Below the pieces are notes generated by a model that had not been told where the DNA came from, did no database searches, and was given only the letters and a program-made list of their open reading frames with translations. Of a DNA stretch of 64,000 bases, positions 1-12,904 are shown in pieces; the first letter of the stretch is position 1; every line of letters begins with the position of its first letter. The position numbers and the translations under genes are program-made. Location of the stretch: the NCBI RefSeq assembly GCF_009914755.1, contig NC_060927.1; one strand, given 5' to 3'. The stretch is from the human T2T-CHM13v2.0 reference genome, Homo sapiens.

Positions 1-1040
1 CGGCAAGTCTTTGCCATGGTCTCCAGTCTGTCTGTAACATGCTTTGAAATCTAAGTAGACGTTGCCATGGTCCCAGAGCTCCTGCCCGCTGTGCACCTGC
101 AGAATTAGTACCATGAGGATGCTGCCAGGATTTACAGCTTGTACCTTTGGTGGCTCAAGCCTCACTTGGGTCCACTTGAGCCAAGACTAGGATGGCCAAG
201 AGGCACTGCATTCAGAGAGCAGAGTCCTAAAGCAAAGGGCAGTGAATCCTGAGGTCCTGTAGCCACCTCTCTGAAAACTTTGCTCTGAAAACAAGGCAAG
301 TCCTATCTTGCCTTGAAGGTCTGTGAAATGCCTTTAAGGTCGTTCTTCTATTGTCTTAATCAATAGAACCTGGCTTGCTTCTACCCATATTAATCTCATT
401 AGCAAAGAGTCACTTGGCCACACACTTAATATTCTCTGCTGAACACACTTTTTAATTCTTTACATGGCCAGGCTGAGATTTTTCTAAATCTTTCTATTCT
501 GTTTCCCTTTTAATGATAAATTCCATCATTACATTATTGTCTCCTTCTCTTATTTTACTGTAAGCAGCTAATAGAAGCCATGCAGCATCTTGAGTACTTT
601 GATGCTTAAATATTACTTCTGCCAGACCTGCTAGCTCATAGCTCTTAAATTCTACCTTCATGAAGTCCTAGGACATGGACAGGATTCTGCCAACTTCTTG
701 GTGACTGAATAACAAGGATGGCCTCTACTTCAGTTTCCAATACTTTGTTATTTCCACCTGAGATGTCATCAAAATGATCTTTACTTTCTGTATTTCTCCC
801 AGTATTCTGATGATGACCACTTAAATAATCTGTAAGAAGATTTAGGTTCTTTTTACAACTCTTCTTTTCTTCTGAGCCCTCAGAAGATGCACCCTTAATG
901 CTCCCTGTATAGTAAGCTAGGCTTTTATAGCCTGCTCTTCCAAATTCTTCCAGTCTCTACTCTTTACCCTGTTTCAAAGCCCTTCTCACATCTTCTGGTA
1001 TTTGTTATAGCAACAGTCCCACTTCCCAGTACCATTTATT
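1..1040 (-). mobile_element. MaLR internal region (MST/MLT1A-int type), continues off the left edge
   Basis: Ends ...GTTATAGCAACAGTCCCACTTCCCAGTACCATTT directly abutting the LTR, the typical MaLR int/5'LTR junction read on the reverse strand. Confidence 0.8.
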
Positions 1041-1384
1041 TATCTTAATCTGTTTGGGGTTGCATAGCAGAATACCTGAGATGGAGTAATTTATAAAGAA
1101 CAGATCTTAAGGTTCTGGAGGCTGGGAAGTCCAATGTCAAAGATCCTGCATGTGGTGACAGTCTTCTTGCTGCTTCCCATGGTGGAAGGACAAAAATGCA
1201 CATGCATGAGAAAGCAAGTGATAGGACATGCAGGCTGAAGTCTTTCATAAACAGTATTATTCCATTTATAAGTATGGAGCTCTTCTGACCAAAACACCTC
1301 TCGTTAGGCCCCACTTCCCAATGTTGTTGCATTGGTTATTAAATTTCCAACATGCTTTTTGGGGAACACCTTCAACTCATGGCA
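1041..1384 (-). mobile_element. MaLR LTR (MSTC/MSTD/MLT1A-like), 5' LTR of the element above
   Basis: TATCTTAATCTGTTTGGGGTTGCATAGCAGAATACCTGAG...GGTTCTGGAGGCTGGGAAGTCCAA...AAATTTCCAACATG...TCATGGCA matches reverse MST/MLT1A LTR. Confidence 0.85.
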
Positions 1385-1385
1385 G

Positions 1386-1490
1386 GTATGGATGTATGTG
1401 TGTATAAATACATAACAAACACAAATATATATATGTGTGTGTGTGTGTGTATGTACATATGCACATACACATTTATATAAATATAAAAAC
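1386..1490. repeat. (TG)/(TA) degenerate simple repeat
   Basis: ATATATATGTGTGTGTGTGTGTGTATGTACATATGCAC. Confidence 0.85.
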
Positions 1491-2285
1491 ATCTATGGTT
1501 TCCTGGGGATATTATCTTGGAATCCTGCATTTTTTAATAAGTACAAAGTGATTAAATGTGAGCTCATATTCGAAAACCACTTCCTTTGCCAAGGCCCAGG
1601 CCAGTCACAAAAGAGGTTATTAGCATTTCATTAGTTGGATTTTCTCTGTTGCGTCTATTAAAGAGCCTCCATTTCCCCCATTAATACAGTGGGTTTGTTG
1701 TCAGAGGGTGGCAGCATTATAAATAATGTGTGCACTTTTAGGTTACCAGTTTGGAGACTAGGCCTATGTTCTGAATGTTTTCCTGAGACCATATGGATAA
1801 TCTTTTGGCATCATCCAGACTCAAACCCTCTGACTGCTTCTAATAATGCTGGTGCTTTCAGTGGTCACAAAATAGATCACAGTCTCAAGGATCAATGTAA
1901 GATTTGAAGGTAAGGACATCTTTATGTGTAGAGGGACATTTTCTGATCTGGTAAATAACTTATCAAGCTGAGGTGATTTTTTTCTCAGTTGTCTCCCTTC
2001 CCTTATCAACACACATCTCTATTTCAATTTTACTGATTTATGTACTTTACTGCTGTTTAAATCCTTCATTGTAGTGCTTGGAGCATCTAGGAACATATGT
2101 GCCTCAAAGCATCAGTAAAGTGTGGTAGGTGTCTTTGAGGGTGCCTTTAACTGCAAGGATGGACATGCACTGGTTTAGCTCTGATTCTGGTATCATCTAG
2201 TGATATCTAGTTTGTGTCTACGTTCCCCCATTTTGTTTTTAAAAAAGAAAAGAGTTAAAGAATCCTGAGCTTACTAAAATTGTTT

Positions 2286-2581
2286 GGCTCGCACAGTGGC
2301 TCAAGCCTGTAATGCCAGTACTTTGGGAGGCCGAGGCAGATGATTGCTTGAGTCCAGGAGTTCAAAACCAGCCTGGGCAACATTACAAAAACCTGTATCT
2401 ACTAAAAATACAAAAATTAGCCAGGCGTGGTGGTGTGCACCTGTGCTCCCAGCTACTCAGGAGGCTGAGGTGGGAGAATCATCTGAGCCTAGGGAGGGCC
2501 AGGATGCAGTGAGCCAAAATAGCGCCACTGCACTTTAGTCTGAGCAATCAGAGTGAGACCCTGTCTCGAAAAAAGAAAAAA
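2286..2581 (+). mobile_element. Alu, AluJ-type
   Basis: Dimeric Alu with GATTGCTTGAGTCCAGGAGTTCAAAACCAGCCTGGGCAACA (J-type), central A-linker and A tail. Confidence 0.95.
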
Positions 2582-2814
2582 GGGTTGGGGCGGGGGGTGC
2601 GGTTTGATGTTTATTAAGCTTTGAGGAAGGATTCCTACTGTGAGCATGGAAAGGCAGGTGGCGATAAGTGTGCCAATTTTTTCACCATTTCTGACCTGGA
2701 AGTTGTGAAATATTTACTTTATGCAAACTTTACTACTGTATAGAAAATGTTACATGTCCTTAAAGTTGTGTAGTTAAAATACTACTAGGTATAAAGGGGG
2801 TGAGAGAAATAACT

Positions 2815-3020
2815 GACATGAATACTATGAGCCTATTCTAAATACACTATTTCATTCAGTCTTCAAAACCACCCTATGAAAAATGTATTGTTATTCTTAT
2901 TTAGTGATGAGGAGACAAAAGTTCAGAGACAGTGAATGGTTTTCTTAAAATAGTTCATTGTAATAGTTGGTGAAATGTTTAAATCCAGGTCTGCTTGTTT
3001 CAAAGCCTAAATGTTTTCTC
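2815..3020 (-). mobile_element. MIR SINE
   Basis: CACCCTATGA...TTATTTAGTGATGAGGAGACAAAAGTTCAGAGA...AAATCCAGGTCTG...CAAAGCC, reverse MIR core. Confidence 0.75.
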
Positions 3021-3049
3021 TTAATATGTTACAGTCTAGAAACAATGAT

Positions 3050-3560
3050 TAAGAGAATTTGAGAGTATGAAGGGAATACTGTGGTAACAGCAAAGCTGGA
3101 AAGATAGAAAGGACCAAGCAATAGTAGACCTTGAATATCAGAACAAGGATTTAATTTTTTTAAATATTATGCATTTATGTATATGTATGTGTTTTCATAT
3201 TTGTACCCTATCAATAGTAGAAAAATATTGATGAGAAAAGGTCAACTTATTCTAATAAAAATATTTGAAATGAAATATTTCAAATAATGAAGAAATGTGT
3301 ACACAAATATATGCATATATATGTACATATACATTTATGTGTGTGTATATAAAAATTTTGAGTGGGGAAATGACAGCACATGAAGTTTGTTTCAAGAAGT
3401 TTGTCCTGGCCACACAACGTGAGAGATGTTAGTAGATAGATATTTGCGAGACTAGCTAAGGGATGCTTGAGCTAGCTCGAAGAAATAATGAGAGTCTAAA
3501 CCAAGGTAGTAGCCTTGGGAATGGAGAGAAGGAATGGATGGGAGAGATTATGAGCCATAA
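3050..3560 (-). mobile_element. L2 fragments, interrupted by AT-rich/(TA) tract at about 3160-3350
   Basis: GAGTCTAAACCAAGGTAGTAGCCTTGGGAATGGAGAGAAGGAATGGATGGGAGAGAT is a typical antisense L2 segment. Confidence 0.6.
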
Positions 3561-4598
3561 TGCTAGTTGACATAATCAGTTTCTCTGGACAGTTTCCAAA
3601 TGAGACTTACCTTAGTGAAACCACATTCTTACACACTCATAAATTTTCTAAGTAAGATAACAAACCAGGTTCCTATGTAGGTGCTAAAAGGCTATAATTA
3701 AAATCAACCCACTTATTTAAAAAAATAAAGGTTAAGGAGGTGACTTAATTGGGCCACAGGAGAGCTATCTATTTATGGTGAGAACTTCCTACTCAAAGGA
3801 TAGCACATCCAAAGGCAGTGCTAGTAAAACATTTGAGAGTTTGGAAATACGAATCTCTGAACTAGGTTATTCTAATTCCACTAATTGGCTGCCACCACCT
3901 GCATTAATTGACATACTGACATCTTTTCCCTGCTAGTCCCAAACATATGTGGCCACATTGCCCAAAGTACACAAATTACCCACTAAAGTCAGTGAAACTT
4001 ATGGCTCCTGCCGACATGGTAGCTGGATTATTATTATTATCGATCCACTTGGCTGCATCTTGTCACTATGTCACAGCTGGCTTGCAGTACTAGGAAAGAA
4101 CTATTGCATATGCAGAATCTTGAAAGCCATGGGAAAAAAAAGTAAGTGGGGAAAATAACAATGTTAATGGCCTCATAACGTGCTGTGCTTCGGTTTAGGA
4201 CAAATGCTGGTGAGAAAGTCCAATCCATAGTTTGGCGGAGAGAGTGTTGGCTGGCATTAATGCAAAAATTTTATTTAAATTTTAATTATCGGTGGATAAG
4301 TGTTTTAGATTTTGTGAACATCCAATTTGTAAGTTAATTTTGGAGTACCTAACCCAGAAATCACATAATCTAAAATCATTCTAATGAGTTTGGCCGTGAC
4401 TCAATTCACAGTTAAAGGAGAGACGTTACTCCAAATTTAGTCTCATTTTTGGATCATGAAAATTCTTAGATTGGGTCATACACACCATGGTGCCGAGTAG
4501 TGCTTAATTAACTTAATAGGCCAAGACTTCATTCCACATGATCCTGTGGGATTTGTGAAAGCGTTGGTAGCCGAGATAGAAGCCAAATCAAGAATGTA

Positions 4599-4612
4599 CC
4601 ACCAGGTGGCGC
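4599..4612 (+). promoter_or_regulatory. CTCF core motif
   Basis: CCACCAGGTGGCGC(T) matches the CTCF consensus CCASYAGRKGGCRS at every position, in non-repeat sequence. Confidence 0.75.
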
Positions 4613-4889
4613 TTAAGGACTTCCTTTCTTCACATGTCACTCAGTCAATCCAGGATTTATTGATGTGAGAAAGTGTAACACTAGATACGCATTTCCAGAA
4701 GGGTGGCATGAAACTTCTTTAAAGATTTCAGAAATAATATAGTGTTTCTAATCATAGGATTGGGTCTATCTATTTAGTGAGCGAGACCACTCTCTACACA
4801 CACATAAAGGAGACAAATGTTATCAAACAACAATGATAAAATTACGTTTTGTGAGACAACTGTGTTCATTAACGCATTTTTTTAAATCT

Positions 4890-5105
4890 CAAAACATACA
4901 ACATTATTTCATGTTCACCATCTCATTTCTTGCAAGCGGCCTATCAAGTAAGTAGTATTTATTATTGTCATTCTTTTCCTAGAAGAGGAAATAAACACCC
5001 TAAGAGATTAATCAACATCACACAATTGGTTAATAACAGAGCTTGTAGTGTAATCCAATGATCTACTCCAAAGCCTGAAATCTTAACCAATGTGTCCATC
5101 TGCCT
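4890..5105 (-). mobile_element. MIR SINE
   Basis: CTAGAAGAGGAAATAAACACCCTAAGAGATTAA...CATCACACAA...ACTCCAAAGCCTGAAATCTTAACCA. Confidence 0.65.
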
Positions 5106-6335
5106 CTGATATGGCACTGGTTAAAGTGTAGATGATTGTTCTAGTTTTCAACAACTGGTGTTTAAAATTTAGGGGAAATTTTAAAGTTTTAGTTGACATT
5201 AAAGTTGCATTGAATTTCCTTTCTGGTAAAAGAAAGAAGCAAAAGGTGGTGGTCAAGTATATTCAGTAATAGACACAGAAAGACTATAATAGCAAGTATA
5301 ATACACTTGGGCCGCCTTTGTGAATTAATTTAAAAATGATTGCATGCCTGGAATTGCTTAATATGAACTTCCCAATAGAAGAAGCTTTGAGTTACCCTTT
5401 CTTGTTAATAGGATTGTCACTTTTTTTCTTTCCAACTCTGAACAGCAGATAACACTGTATAATACTTGTCCCAACAGAGGCTCCAAATCAGTAGAGGATG
5501 GAAAAACACTCTTATTCAGAGACCCATTTTCTTTGTTTTATAAAAACCTGTTGGGAAGAAGGTTAATCACAAACAGAGATGTAATTCGGCATAGGGAAGA
5601 CTTCCTTCCCTATTTTGACAATAACCTTAATCTTAATTACTTGATTCACTCCAAGGAAGAGTCAGATTAATGTACCTGTTAGAACACCACCTAGTTTCTC
5701 TAATTAATGTAAATTGTAAAATGTTCAGGAGGTGTTAGAAATCAGAATGTAGTTTGTTCCTATAATTTGAAAACATCCTAATCAGGATGTGTTCTTGGAG
5801 GAAAGGGCTCTTTGTGTACCTCTAAGAAAAACAGTGAATTTTTCAAGAAAAAAACAAAAAGGCTTGAGCTGAAGTCACATTGGGGATGTTTTGTCTTTCT
5901 GAGCACAGGCATATAAAATAAAGGAACCCATAACTGCACAGGGGTTGGTCTGCAGATATGATGAACTCCTCTAAGTCATCCAGGGCTTATAAAACAAAGG
6001 AAGTGCAATTCAATTCTCTGAAAATACTAAACTCAATGTTTGATCGTTAGCACACAGCTGTCTTCATCACCACCCCCACTGCCACAACCATCATCATCAT
6101 CCAAAGTCATTATAATTGTTTAAGATGCTGCAAAAGTAGAAATGAAATAAACTCTGTCCTTCTCACCTGAGAGTTGAATATGTAGATGTAGAAGATAAAG
6201 GAAAGTATTTATTTTAATGCACATTTTGAACACATAAGTTTTATTATCTTTATTATGGTATTGGGTAAAGTGATGTATGCAGAAATATTATTAGAGGCAA
6301 AATAAACCCTTTTTCTAATAATTTTATTCACTTAT

Positions 6336-6760
6336 TGTCATAGCCCATTTATTGTTACTATAAGGAAATACCTGAGGCTTGGTAGTTTACAAAGAAAATT
6401 TGGCTTCCAATTCTGCAGGCTGAACAAGAAGCATGGCACTAGCATTCTGCTCAGCTTCTGGTGAGGGTCTCAGTTTGCTTCCACTCATGGCAGAAAGTGA
6501 AGGGGAGTTGGCAGGTGCAGAGATTACATGGCCAGAGAGGGAGCAAGAGAGAGGGGAGGGAGGTGCCAGGCTCTTTTTAACAACCAGCTCTCATGGGAAC
6601 TAACAGAGTAAGAGCTCACCCACCCTATAGGAACAGCATTAATCTCTTCATGAGGAACTCATCCATGATCCAGACACCTCCCATTGGGCTCCACCTCCAA
6701 CATTGGGATCAAATTTCAACATGAGATTTGATGGAGACAACCCATCTTCAAACTATAACG
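6336..6760 (-). mobile_element. Solo MaLR LTR, MSTB-like
   Basis: AAGGAAATACCTGAGGCTTGGTAGTTTAC...GAAGCATGGCAC...CCACCTCCAACATTGGGATCAAATTTCAACATGAGATTTG...AAACTATAAC. Confidence 0.92.
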
Positions 6761-6771
6761 CTTCTTTTAGG

Positions 6772-7045
6772 TATATTATTTATATATAATTAATATGTTA
6801 TATATAATCATATATACACATATAAACTATATAATTATACATATATAATATATATATGTATATATAAACTGTATATAATATATACATAAATACACATATG
6901 AGTATATATGTATATAGTATATATGCATATATACACATATAAAATATTTATATAATATTCATATAAATATAAACTATATATGCTCTATACGTGTGTGTAT
7001 ATATAGTATGTGTAATTTTTTACACACATATGCACATATACAAAC
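6772..7045. repeat. Degenerate (TA)n / (TACA)n tract
   Basis: About 270 bp of TATATA/TATACA/TATGTA units. Confidence 0.9.
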
Positions 7046-7049
7046 TATC

Positions 7050-7765
7050 TGCTATTTACTAAAACACTTTGCTTGGTAGAAGGAATATCAAAGTCAACAA
7101 GACATATGAACTCCAGGAACATTGCATCTAATAAAGAAGACAAGAAATCAGAAAAAACTACCACCTGTGAAACATGTTATGCTACAGTTAAGTATAGGTA
7201 GCTGTAGGAGTATATAAGAGAGTCCTCCAACCTATTTTTTTGAAGTGTTTGTAAGACGTGATCCCAGGAAAAGGTGACTTATAAGTCAAAGACAGAATAA
7301 GCATTAACTGGGCAAGGGGGGAAGTTCCAAGCATTTCAGTCTGCAAAGACCCAGAGATAAGAGAGTGATGAGCTCACCAGGAATCCTGAGTAGCTTTCTA
7401 AGGTTTGAGTTAAGACAGTGGAAAGAGACTGGGGAGAGAGGAGGCTGGAAAGGTAGGCAGGGGCTCATCATAAAGGGCCTTCTTTTGCTGTGAAAAGTTT
7501 AGGCTTTATCCTGCAAGGTGTGAAGGACACATTAAAGGATTTAAGCAAAACACCTTTGTTCTTTGTGAAGATCACTCACTCCAGATGTTGTGTGGAGGAG
7601 GAATAGGTGAGTAAGAGGGGAATAAAGGGTTCAAGGTGGTGATAGCTATTTGAGGCAGAGATATGAATATGCTGACTGAGGGAACAATAATGGAGGTGGA
7701 CAAATTTGGATGGCATCAAAGTTTAGTACAGGAATCATGTTAACTGGATTAATGGCTGAACTCAT
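7050..7765 (-). mobile_element. L2 (L2a-like) 3' region
   Basis: GAGGCTGGAAAGGTAGGCAGGGGCTCATCATAAAGGGCCTT...GGCTTTATCCTGCAAGG...ATTAAAGGATTTAAGCA...GAAGATCACTC. Confidence 0.85.
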
Positions 7766-9189
7766 TGTGATACTCAAAATATAGAATAGGATTCTTTTGA
7801 GACCTAAGTAAGATGTGTAATTTATTCTTAAGATAAACTGGTGGTTTGGCCCTATATTTTGAAGAAAAAACAATTTGTTGCTGCAAAAAGATGGTGATAA
7901 GAAAACTGGGAGTTTTAGAAATGCTGGAGGTCACTGAAATTGTACCGACAGATTTCTAATTCTCTTATCTGGGAATCATGTCTTCAGCAACTTCCAAAAT
8001 TGTGAACTCACTTGACCTCGGATAGACAAGCAAACATTGATTTTGAGTTTTCTTAATGGAGGAGCTTTGCATCATGTACTTTACTTGGGGAGATTCTCAC
8101 CTCTATTTGCTTGCTACGTCTGTTGGCTTCTCTCTTAGACGTGGTCATAACATCATCACTTAGCTGGTTCTCCAGCTTGAAGGGGACTAGAAGTACTAAA
8201 AATGAAGAGGAAGGTGGGAAGCAGGCCCTCTGACAGCAGGCACCTGAAGAAATGATGGCTGATATTTATTGTTTGATGAAGTCTCCATCATGTGCTTTCT
8301 AGATGCCTGGTACCAGGTGTATCGCCCATCTGTGGCATCAACACTTGGGGATTCAGCTGGCAAAGAAAAAAAGGGCATTCTTTATAATACGGGTGCAAGA
8401 TCTGAAGAGAACAGACAAATTTGAATCATGCAACATTATCATAATCTCATATTTTACTACCCACATAGTAAACTGGCAATGTGCTTAGTGACGAAAGTGT
8501 TAAGAATAGAATGAGGTGTACTAGATGCCACTTCTTAGAGAGAAAGGAGTCTCAGATATTTCTAAAGCATCACATCAGAAATGACTGATCATTAAATTGG
8601 TCAAATATGGATTAAAAAAAGCTTTGCAGTTCTTAAAGATTTTATTTAGTTGAAGAGGAGTAGCTTTACTGCTTTATGGAAAAACCGTAGTGTTCGTTTT
8701 TCTTCGTTTTCTTCTTCCCCTTTGTTTAATATCTAAAAGTTTACCTCAACCAGACAAATTCTCAGGTGTAATGAGATTCATTTTTGTGGATTCTAGAGAC
8801 GTTGAGAGGTGCTTTATTAGCTCAGTTTCTTGAGGATTGCAGGGGGTGTTTGGGCACCTTTTCTTGACTGGTTTTATGAAAGATGTGGGGGCTGCTTTCC
8901 CATGGAAACTCCACCTGCCTGTAGAAGCTCTGGCATAAAATGATGGAATTTCCAGAAAAGATTCCAATTTTAACTTTTCCCACTCAATGGCCAAACTCCT
9001 AAAAAAAAAAAAGGGAGGGGGGCATCAATTTACTGTTCCAATTTGGTCATGTTTCATTCACATTTTACCCTGCTGTAACTTGGCCTCACAGCCATGCCAC
9101 CCTTGGAACAGTTCTCTTCAGATTCAAACTGATTCCTCTTAGGTTACTCCCAGCTTATGTGGCCTCTTGGCAGCATTCACCTCCCTTTA

Positions 9190-9420
9190 CTATAACTTTT
9201 TCTTGAAACAATGGCAGTGCTCTATTTTTTCCATAATATTTATTATAGCTTTAAGGGCATGTTTGTGTGGTAATTTGGTCAGATCTCTCTCCTCCATTAG
9301 ACAAGAAGCCTGCTAAGAGAAGGCTCTTGGTCTGTTTTACTTACCATTGTATGACTGGCAACTGCTGGTTGCCACATAGAAAGAGCTCAATAAAGTGTAT
9401 TGATGGCATGAATAAATGAA
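9190..9420 (+). mobile_element. L2 3' end
   Basis: CTCCATTAGAC...GTCTGTTTTACTTACCATTGTAT...ACATAGAAAGAGCTCAATAAA...ATGAATAAATGAA. Confidence 0.75.
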
Positions 9421-9756
9421 GGGCTCACTTTAGGCTAGCTTTACAAACATGAAACTGAAGCAAAGAGAATTTTCTACCTTCTAAAAATTGAAGCCAATCT
9501 CCCTATACTAGTTTAATGATACAAGTTTGATAACTCAGTAGAAAATGTCCAGTAATAACTTTAACTTCTCGTATTCCTGTCAAGTTCTACCTTAAGACAA
9601 GAAGTAGGCACAATAATTTCAATATCTCAATTATAATGAATGATAATAGTAAAAATATTTAATGATGGATATAACATGGGCAATGAGAAGTTTAAACAAC
9701 TATTGGCTGGAAACAATTTATATGGCTCTAAAGCTAGTATACGCTGAATATTAGCC

Positions 9757-10152
9757 TGCTGTGGACTGAATTATGTCCTTCCTAAATTCATATGTTAAAG
9801 CTCTAATGCCCAATGTCACTGTATTTGGAATTAAGGTCGTTAGGCGTGAATTAAGATTAATTAGGTCATAAAGGTGAAACCCTAATCCTATAGGATTGGT
9901 GGCCTCATAAGAAGAAATAGATCTTTCTCTATCTCTCTTTTTCCATCCCTTCCCCTATGTGATCAGAGGAAAGACCATGTGAGGACAAAGTGTCCCACCT
10001 GCAAGCTGACAAGAGAGCCCTCACCAGAAACTGAACCCTGATAGATATGATATTGGACTTTTCAGACTTTAGAATGGTGAGAAAATGAATGTCTGTTGTT
10101 TCAGCCTCCTAATGTATTATGTATTTTTATGGCATCCTCAGACCAGTTCACA
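9757..10152 (+). mobile_element. Solo MaLR LTR, MLT1A-like
   Basis: TGCTGTGGACTGAATTATGTCCTTCCTAAATTCATATGTTAAAGC...CATGTGAGGACA...GAGAGCCCTCACCAGAAACTGAACC...ends TTCACA. Confidence 0.9.
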
Positions 10153-11959
10153 GCTCTAATTAATCATATCAGGTACCTATGTAACAGACAAATTGGCATT
10201 GAGCTTATTATTTTTTTTAAAAAAGCCACAATGTTTCCAGACAGAAATCTTCTACCATTTTTATAACATTTATTTAAAACTTAAATATCCATTGACAGAA
10301 ATACTCTTCTGATATTGCATACCCGGTACTCACAATAGAAAGAAATTACTTTTTCTAGTATGTGTATCCTGGAAAAGCCCATGTGGTTTTCTTTCATAAA
10401 ATAAAGCATAATTTGTTACAGGAATTTGCTTTTTTTTAGAAATGCTACAGTACACCAGTTGTCACAGTGTAGTCCTTGAAGGATAGTTCTGCAGGTGCTC
10501 CAAAAAGGTAGTCTTGATTAAGTAAGTGTGGGAAATGATGCTTTATTAAAACAGTGGTAAATGGGTTTATTTTATTGCTGGACCTTTTAGACTCTTTCAC
10601 AACTAGTGTGTTGGGTGAATTTATCAATAATGTTTATGGGACTCTCAAGGGTAGATAGATATATAATGCAGGATTGTCCAAAGTCATTTGACAAGGAGAT
10701 CCTTGCTTCACAACACAAATTAAAAACCCATGGAACTGATGTTTTGCAAGATACGTATATTCCACAGTAAATCGTAGTGTAAAATTAAGAATCATTTTGC
10801 AAAGGAAAGAATCACTGTATCAATAGGTTTCAGAGCAGAAAAAACAATCTAGGTATTTCCAGCTACTAAGTAAATCACAATGCTCCTCAGTCCCAAATAT
10901 GACACCTGTCAAAGAGATCAAAGGACATGGAGTCTGCTGTGCTCATGGTCATATCTGCAGAGACCAACACATCAGCCTCCACTGCTGGAGAAAGATGGCT
11001 CACTCTCTCTCTCTCTCTGTATCTTCCACATTTTGTGCAAATGCATCCCATTGGCAGATAGAAATTGAATCCAGAGCCATGGTAGTCTATGAAATATAAT
11101 ACCTGGACTTCCAGCCTCAGAGTTATAGAGTTGTGAATTGTACAATTCTGGATTTCTATTTATTTTGTCACTGAAACTCACTGTAAATCATATTCTGAGA
11201 CTTCTTACATCCTGTTTCCACACTCCTTTTCCTTATTCCCTCAGGGAAAATAGACAACTAATCTCTTTAACACTTTCTTCCCTGCTTGAAGAAATTGTAG
11301 GCACACAGTAGGGGCTTTGTAAATATTTGTTAAGTGAATAAATAAATAAAGGACATATAAGTTGTTATGTGATTCAGCCAAGAGGAAAATACTGTGAAAT
11401 CAGAAGATAGTTAATAATTGATTGGCATTGATGTATAGGCTTCAGAAAGTGTCACAGTGGTTTCATGAATTGACTTTATTGATGACCTATTTCAGTTACC
11501 GTAAGCATACCTGTACAATAAAATTGAATTAACGTGTATTTACTACCAGGTACTCAAGAAAAACAATAAGCATATTGAATATGAGACTAAAAAGGATAAG
11601 ACAAAAAGAGTAACAATCAATCATGAAGCTTCTACAATTTCTTCCTTTCTTTTCTCCTAACAACAGTGGTCAATGACTCTCAGGGGACCTGACATACTTC
11701 TACTCAGCATAGATGGGTCTTACAGATGATGGAGTCTCAATGAGTCCTCCTGGAATGTGGCTTAAATATGCAGGCTTTCATCTATCCCTCTATGAGAAGC
11801 CAGAGGGCTTGAAGTATCAGATAAATTGTATAAATGTAAGGCCAACCCTATCAGCCATCAATCTATGTCAAATTTCAAAATTATCATGTCTTTCTAAACG
11901 TTTCCTATCAATGAAGAGTTACATTTCTTCTGGCTTTGTTAGCCCACATTATTACCTCA

Positions 11960-11962
<3 letters not shown>

Positions 11963-12004
<42 letters not shown>
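11963..12004. repeat. (GT)21 microsatellite
   Basis: Perfect GT run. Confidence 0.98.
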
Positions 12005-12005
<1 letters not shown>

Positions 12006-12237
12006 GGAGAGGAAGGGCTTATATCTCAATATATTATTTTATTTTAAAATACAGGCAAAGTAGGGGGGAGTCTATATGACTAACTCAAATACTGTCACTC
12101 ACTGGGGTGAACATTCTAAGAAATCAAAGCATTCTCCTGAGTGTATCTTCTTAATCAGCAAAGTATTATATTTGGATTTTTTCAAGAAAAACAAACTCCC
12201 TACCTAAACTCTGAATGTTAGTATGGCCTTGGTCTCT

Positions 12238-12239
<2 letters not shown>

Positions 12240-12288
<49 letters not shown>

Positions 12289-12330
12289 CAAGAAGGAGAG
12301 AGAGAGAGAAAGAGAAAGAGAGAGGGAGAG
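12240..12330. repeat. (GA)n microsatellite with degenerate purine tail
   Basis: About 21 perfect GA units, then GA/GAAA-rich. Confidence 0.97.
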
Positions 12331-12449
12331 GGTGATTGATCTCTCATACATCAGTCACTGTGTCAGAGTATCAATGAATTTCTTAGAGTATCCCTCTAAA
12401 AAAAGGGAGAGGAGAGTTAGAAAAAGAGAATGTACAGGTAATAACCAAA

Positions 12450-12815
12450 TATTTAATCATCTTGTAATTTTCTAGATCCTCTTATAGGTTCTTTGGGAAC
12501 ATCTGACTAGTTCTGGTCAATGGGTTATGAGCAAAATTCACATCAACATTCATGGCCTGGGGGTGAATGATTTTCTCTCTCATTTTGCCGACATCATTTC
12601 TTTCTCTGATTCTATGAACTTGGAGGCCACACATACCACCAGTAGAGGCTAGAAAAATGACGTCTGACCCACATCAGATTTGGTGAAGGAGAAGACAAGA
12701 ATAACAACAAAACACACACACATACACATACATATACACAAACAAACACATATTGTGTTACCCCTCAAACATTTCAAGATGTATTTTAGAAAGGAGTATA
12801 GATTACCCTCACAAA
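12450..12815 (+). mobile_element. Old MaLR LTR (MLT1I/J-like)
   Basis: CATCTGACTAGTTCTGGTCAATGGGTTATGAGCAAAA...TTGGAGGCCAC...TATTGTGTTA... Confidence 0.6.
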
Positions 12816-12904
12816 TGAGGGGACAGAGGGTGTCTTCTTAATAAAAATTCCACAGACAGGCTAAATTCCATTTCACCTTTTTTGAGGCAAACTCCTAGTA
12901 AGAT

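Noticed and set aside
2582-2602. G-rich run after the Alu tail as a G-quadruplex
   Set aside because: Only three separable G3+ tracts; does not meet the canonical pattern
11713-12063. 116-aa ORF
   Set aside because: Runs through the (GT)21 repeat (VCVCVC); no family similarity
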